From Myxococcales bacterium (lineage in GTDB: Bacteria; Myxococcota; B64-G9): a DNA stretch of 42,067 nt. The position numbers and the translations under genes were made by a program. The stretch lies in NCBI GenBank assembly GCA_027031935.1, contig JALVPF010000173.1, forward strand, positions 1-42,067. Direction: 5' to 3'. Shown piece after piece: positions 37,972-42,067 of the stretch (within the stretch, counting starts at the first letter, position 1; each line of letters starts with the position of its first letter). The notes beneath the pieces were generated by a model. The model worked only from the letters and a program-made list of their open reading frames with translations. It had not been told where the DNA came from and did no database searches.

Positions 37972-39009
37972 CTAGACCTTGTCGTCATCATTTCCTGCAA
38001 GATATCCAAGGATAACCTCATCCAGGCTCTTTTCAGAGATGAGGTTGTCACCGAAAATAGTTGGTCCACTGGTATCCTTTGGTTTGGGTTTTTTTTCAAG
38101 ACGTCTGGCAGCCAGAACTTCGGGTGGCAAGGATGAAGCGCCTGTGGCAGCTGGCTTTTCTTGTGTTTTTTCTTTGCCTTTTTCCGGGCTCTTGGCCTGT
38201 ATGGCGACCTTGGGGCTTGGAGCTTTTTTTGAGGGGATTTTTTCCAGATCATCCTTTGGCACGAAGATTTTTGGAGAGCTCTTCGGGCGGGAAAATCCAC
38301 CTGCTGAACCGGTAGTCTTGACAGGAGGCCTGGTGCCTGTCGTACTGGTGGTGGCTGGAGCTTTTCCAGCGGGTGGCGGCTGGGTCTTGACTTGAGTTGC
38401 CTGGGGCTGTGTTCTCCCTGCCCTTGGAACCACTACAGTGGGTGACTCGGACGACGGAATCCGGGAATCTGAGGGAGGCGATGTGGGTGGCGCTGGCTGC
38501 GATTTGGCCATTGGCCGTACAGATTGAGTTTTTGGCTGTGTCTTTGGCCCTTGTATCGGTACTGTTTTGGGCAATAAGGTCGAAGCCGTTTGTGCTGGTT
38601 TGGATGTAGCTGCAACCGGCTGCGATGGAATCGTAGAAGGTGGTTTGTTCTGTGGTGCGGGAGCAGGAAACTTGTCAGGGATTGAAGGTTCTGTGCCAAC
38701 CTGAAGGCCTGGTGATGTCATGGGTGCCGAGGATGAGGCAATGTCGTCATAGACTCCATTGATAAGATTTCGCAGCATGGCCTTGTGCTGTTCCTGCATG
38801 AGTTCCTTTACGATTTCCTGCAGGTTGTCAGCTTTGACGATATCCGCATAACTGGTCTTTTTTGTTGCCAGGATATTTCCGCCTACGAAAAGGTGGGTGA
38901 TGATGTGTGGGTTGGTCACACCACTGTCCTCTGTCTGAACGTGGTAAATCTGTCCACCATGCTTGATGTTGTGGTTGAAGCCTGTAACCATCTGAGGCTT
39001 GTTGCTCAC
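37972..39009 (-). CDS. Hypothetical protein with ordered termini and a long P/T/S/K-rich linker
   Basis: N-terminal GFNHNIKH...YHVQTEDSG..NPHIITHLF.GG.I; C-terminal FGDNLISEKSLDEVILGYL. Confidence 0.8.
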   Translation of the reverse strand: MSNKPQMVTGFNHNIKHGGQIYHVQTEDSGVTNPHIITHLFVGGNILATKKTSYADIVKADNLQEIVKELMQEQHKAMLRNLINGVYDDIASSSAPMTSPGLQVGTEPSIPDKFPAPAPQNKPPSTIPSQPVAATSKPAQTASTLLPKTVPIQGPKTQPKTQSVRPMAKSQPAPPTSPPSDSRIPSSESPTVVVPRAGRTQPQATQVKTQPPPAGKAPATTSTTGTRPPVKTTGSAGGFSRPKSSPKIFVPKDDLEKIPSKKAPSPKVAIQAKSPEKGKEKTQEKPAATGASSLPPEVLAARRLEKKPKPKDTSGPTIFGDNLISEKSLDEVILGYLAGNDDDKV

Positions 39010-39084
39010 GTACCAACCCTTTCCCTTGTTCCCTCGAAAGCAGATATTATCAGGGCTTCCGGGAGAATCGCAAGATCCTGGTTA

Positions 39085-39906
39085 TTACACCATCAGGTCC
39101 ACCTGGTGGATTTCGCCCAAGGGGCCACCGAGAAATCTCTGCCCCACGTGACTGAATCGCTCAGGGACATCTGTAACGAAATACTCACGAGTACCTCTGG
39201 GTAAAGGGTTTGGCTCTGGTCCCTCCTCGCTCTTGTTCAACAGTGCTAAAACAGCCTCTGCTACTGCGCTAGCCGAGTCCACGAGTTGTGTGCCTGGCCC
39301 CACCGCCTTGGCGATGGCAGGTACGAGAAGCGGATAGTGAGTACAGCCGAGGATAAGAGAATCCAGACGGTTTTCTTTGCTCCAGGATCGCAGATATTCG
39401 TTTGCCACCTGGAAGGCAACCGGGTGGTCTCCCCAGCCTTCCTCTGCCAAAGGAACAAACAGAGGACAAGGCTTTGGAAACACTTTCACCCTTGGCTCTA
39501 GAGAAATCAGCGCATTGTCGTATGCACGCGACGCTATGGTCCCTTCTGTTCCAAGCACCCCGATTACTTTCTTTTTCGATACCTGCAGGGCACGGCGCGC
39601 GCCTGGTTCGATGACACCAATAACCGGAATATGGAGGACTTTTTCCAACGCAGGCAGTGCCACGGACGAAGCGGTATTACATGCCACCACGAGAAGCTTG
39701 ATGCCTTTTTGCGCAAGAAACGATGCATTGTTCAATGCATATCGGGTAACCACTTCAGGTGATTTCGTTCCATAGGGAACCCTTGCCGTGTCACCAAGGT
39801 AGATGGTGTTTTCCCAGGGCATGAGCTTGTGTATGGCAGCAAGAACCGTAAGTCCACCAATTCCAGAATCGAAAACGCCAATGGGTCGTGGGTCGAGCAT
39901 GTTCAT
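39085..39906 (-). CDS. murI: Glutamate racemase
   Basis: IGVFDSGIGGLTV, DTARVPYG.K, ACNTAS, LGCTHYP. Confidence 0.97.
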   Translation of the reverse strand: MNMLDPRPIGVFDSGIGGLTVLAAIHKLMPWENTIYLGDTARVPYGTKSPEVVTRYALNNASFLAQKGIKLLVVACNTASSVALPALEKVLHIPVIGVIEPGARRALQVSKKKVIGVLGTEGTIASRAYDNALISLEPRVKVFPKPCPLFVPLAEEGWGDHPVAFQVANEYLRSWSKENRLDSLILGCTHYPLLVPAIAKAVGPGTQLVDSASAVAEAVLALLNKSEEGPEPNPLPRGTREYFVTDVPERFSHVGQRFLGGPLGEIHQVDLMV

Positions 39907-39945
39907 GGGCTAGAACATGCAATTGATCCGCAGGGATGTCAACAC

Positions 39946-39996
39946 GTAGGGGGCACGCGATTGTGATTGCAGGGGCACGGCGCGCCGTGCCCCTAC
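39946..39996. repeat. GTAG-type REP-like palindrome plus a partial second copy
   Basis: Perfect 24-bp palindrome AGGGGCACGGCGCGCCGTGCCCCT (39971-39994), read as GTAGGGGCACGG... on the minus strand; partial GTAGGGGGCACG at 39946. Confidence 0.75.
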
Positions 39997-40009
39997 CAGG
40001 CAAATAATG

Positions 40010-40816
40010 CTACTGGCAGCCACCTACGTCTTCGAGGGTGACGGTACCATAGTCGTTGTCATCCGGATGGGCGATAACCAGGTTGGCATCGAGTTTGTAA
40101 CCAACCGAGAGATCGCTATCGCAGATCCCCTCCAGAACCAGGTTCCAGGTTCCCAATGCAAAGTTTGTAATACTGGCACCTAGCTCGTCGCAGTGTGGTA
40201 CGGGATCTGCCTCGAATTCCAGGTTGGAGTTGGAATCATAAACCTCTACCCTGACCCTGCTTACGCCTGCTGCAGTACAGTCAAGCCCTGCGCCGAACTC
40301 CCACACGAACTTCATGTCACCTGGACCAGTGGGTGTCAGTATCACAGTACCGAGCTCAACATTTTGTCCACTGACAGTGACGTCCTCAGTGGTGGTATAC
40401 CATTCGTCGCCTGCCGCTGACAGGCCCGTAAGATCGATGGAATACGTACCGTCTTCCACGGCATCGATCACGGCACCACCATTGGAGCATGCAACTTCCT
40501 GGTTTAGAATTTCAGTGTTTCCACTGAACATCTGGACTCTAACCTTGTCAACATAAGCGTCATCGCAGCTTCTTCCGCCTGGCCCAAAGGACCAGTCCAG
40601 GTCTATGCTGGAGCCTGCTGCCACGCAGTGAAGGGGCCCATCATTCTTGTAGCCGTTATCACAGGTACACTCTGCATCCCCTCCAACCTCGATGCATGTT
40701 CCAAAATTGTCACAGGTAATACCATCGCAAGGGGATCCTCCTGATGATATTATGCATCCGCTCAGGAGAAATCCCGATATTCCGAGAACCAAAAAAATTG
40801 CTGAGAGTTTTTTCAT
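40010..40816 (-). CDS. Lipoprotein with one EGF-like module and two related beta-sandwich domains
   Basis: Lipobox LSG-C; ECTCDNGY; duplicated W.FG....C..A.V..VRV units; SD AGGAGG. Confidence 0.8.
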   Translation of the reverse strand: MKKLSAIFLVLGISGFLLSGCIISSGGSPCDGITCDNFGTCIEVGGDAECTCDNGYKNDGPLHCVAAGSSIDLDWSFGPGGRSCDDAYVDKVRVQMFSGNTEILNQEVACSNGGAVIDAVEDGTYSIDLTGLSAAGDEWYTTTEDVTVSGQNVELGTVILTPTGPGDMKFVWEFGAGLDCTAAGVSRVRVEVYDSNSNLEFEADPVPHCDELGASITNFALGTWNLVLEGICDSDLSVGYKLDANLVIAHPDDNDYGTVTLEDVGGCQ

Positions 40817-40905
40817 GACAATGTCCTCCTGGTACATTGGTGTTAGTCCGTTTGGATCTGTTAGACGAATGTCATTTCAAAGGATTCTGTTTGATCCGAA
40901 AAATT

Positions 40906-42066
40906 TTACTGGAATGTTCCTGTCACGATGTCACCGGCTGATATGGAGTTTCCGGCACCTGGTGTCTCCTTGTAGGTGGCCGTAAGGCTAACAGTTCCAG
41001 TCTCTGGTGGGTTGGTGTCTGTAACAGAAGCCCCCTCGACTATGGCTTCTCCTGTGTATCCTCCTGTAAAACCAGACACTATTGGCACTACGTAGCAGAT
41101 TGGATCGGAATCTGTACATGGAGTTCTGCTATCCACGTTATTGACCTTGACCATGGAGATGGCCGTTCCGAGAACGTCGTTTGCATTGTATGGGAGGTGA
41201 GGGTTTGTGCTGCCAAGAGAGCCCTTGCCGTCTACAGACATGCTTACGTTGAGGGTCTCGTTCAGAGGATTCAGGTTGAAGTCAGTAACTTTCCATGTAA
41301 AAGATTGAGTGCTCCCTTTGGGGATGTTGAACGTGTCAGGGCAGAGAGCCGAATATGGTCCGCAGGCTGCGCCAGGTTGATAGTGACCACTCCACACCAT
41401 CCACGTGGCGGTCCAGATGATGGTGTCACCATCCCATTGTCCATTGGGACCATCGTACGCAGAGTTCCCATTGGCATCCAGGAACTGTTCTCCTGGTGTA
41501 AAGATTCCATTGTCGTCAGCGTCTATCAATGGTTCGCCCATGTCCACGAAAGGTTCACCTTCATCGTAATCACCATTTCCGTTTACATCCGTAAATTCCT
41601 CTTCACCCGTGGTGGCCGCTATGATGATCAGCAAACCGTCCCGTGGATTCCTGACATAGTTTCCATCCACCACCGATGGTTCGAAGGGATCGCTGAGCGG
41701 GTCCACGTCCTTTGGTCTGGGGTTACCGGTCCTGATGGTGACAGAGGCCGAGCCCATGTTGTCTCCGCTATCAGCCGTGGTTGCGTTACTGGTGATTTGG
41801 CCGGCTTCGGTCATGAAGGTGACACTAGTGGCAAATCCCACCTTGTTGGAATATCGATCCGAAAGTAACACGGTGCACTTGGTATGAACATCGTCCAGAA
41901 TAAAACCACCAACATTGAAACGTTCGCAACTGAAGGTAATACCCCTTGCGTTGGGTTTTGCACCGACTATGGCCAGAGCAGGAGATGTAGCCTCCAGTTC
42001 CACGTCGCCCACCACCGCTGTGGCCGTTACGGTAACACTTGTGGCAATATTGCCTGATTTCAAGGT
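40906..42066 (-). CDS. C-terminal part of a large Ig/invasin-like surface protein (5'-truncated by the window)
   Basis: Frame open to the window end; V.F.TEAG.I, NPRDG, GEE.F.D.NGNG.YD.GEPF.D.GEP..D.DDNG repeats. Confidence 0.7.
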   Translation of the reverse strand, partial: TLKSGNIATSVTVTATAVVGDVELEATSPALAIVGAKPNARGITFSCERFNVGGFILDDVHTKCTVLLSDRYSNKVGFATSVTFMTEAGQITSNATTADSGDNMGSASVTIRTGNPRPKDVDPLSDPFEPSVVDGNYVRNPRDGLLIIIAATTGEEEFTDVNGNGDYDEGEPFVDMGEPLIDADDNGIFTPGEQFLDANGNSAYDGPNGQWDGDTIIWTATWMVWSGHYQPGAACGPYSALCPDTFNIPKGSTQSFTWKVTDFNLNPLNETLNVSMSVDGKGSLGSTNPHLPYNANDVLGTAISMVKVNNVDSRTPCTDSDPICYVVPIVSGFTGGYTGEAIVEGASVTDTNPPETGTVSLTATYKETPGAGNSISAGDIVTGTFQ

Positions 42067-42067
42067 C

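Noticed and set aside
37935-38300. 121-aa minus-strand ORF abutting ftsE
   Set aside because: Alternative frame within the 37972-39009 gene, whose own frame has an ordered, conserved-looking C-terminus; no frameshift signal seen.
39584-39600. TGCAGGGCACGGCGCGC resembling half of the nearby REP
   Set aside because: Lies within murI coding sequence (ARRALQ) and has no second arm; probably chance.

Overview
A gene-dense chromosomal segment from a Myxococcota-like deltaproteobacterium. This assignment is inferred from a TIGR04551-like outer-membrane protein, several Cys-rich lipoproteins and an FHA protein; the GC content looks moderate by eye. The housekeeping backbone is dapA-dapB-dapL-like aminotransferase-folK, fsa/transaldolase, etfBA, ssb, amrB, and murI-hyp-ftsE-ftsX-envC...ctpA-queH. 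Two accessory modules interrupt it. (1) 7.9-13.2 kb: predicted small OM barrel protein, ECF sigma factor, single-TM/TPR anti-sigma-like protein, and a Cys-rich lipoprotein ending in a 7-bladed RCC1/BLIP-II-like propeller whose blades are DNA-level mosaics. The motif TGAAGGTTTTC-N9-GGGRAAT sits upstream of both the sigma gene and the lipoprotein gene, and an apparent ATPase gene remnant closes the block. (2) 30.4-35.2 kb: a translationally coupled cassette of CotH-like kinase/beta-helix, membrane protein, VTC polyphosphate-polymerase domain and DUF4956, lying between envC and ctpA. Also present: a 55-aa LptM/YifL-like lipoprotein missing from the ORF track, a PocR-sigma54 activator, a -24/-12 promoter, a giant EGF-repeat clostripain lipoprotein, a secreted transglutaminase-like protein and a GTAG-type REP palindrome. 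I saw no tRNA, rRNA, CRISPR array or intact mobile-element gene. All family calls come from recognising motifs by eye; no database search was run.
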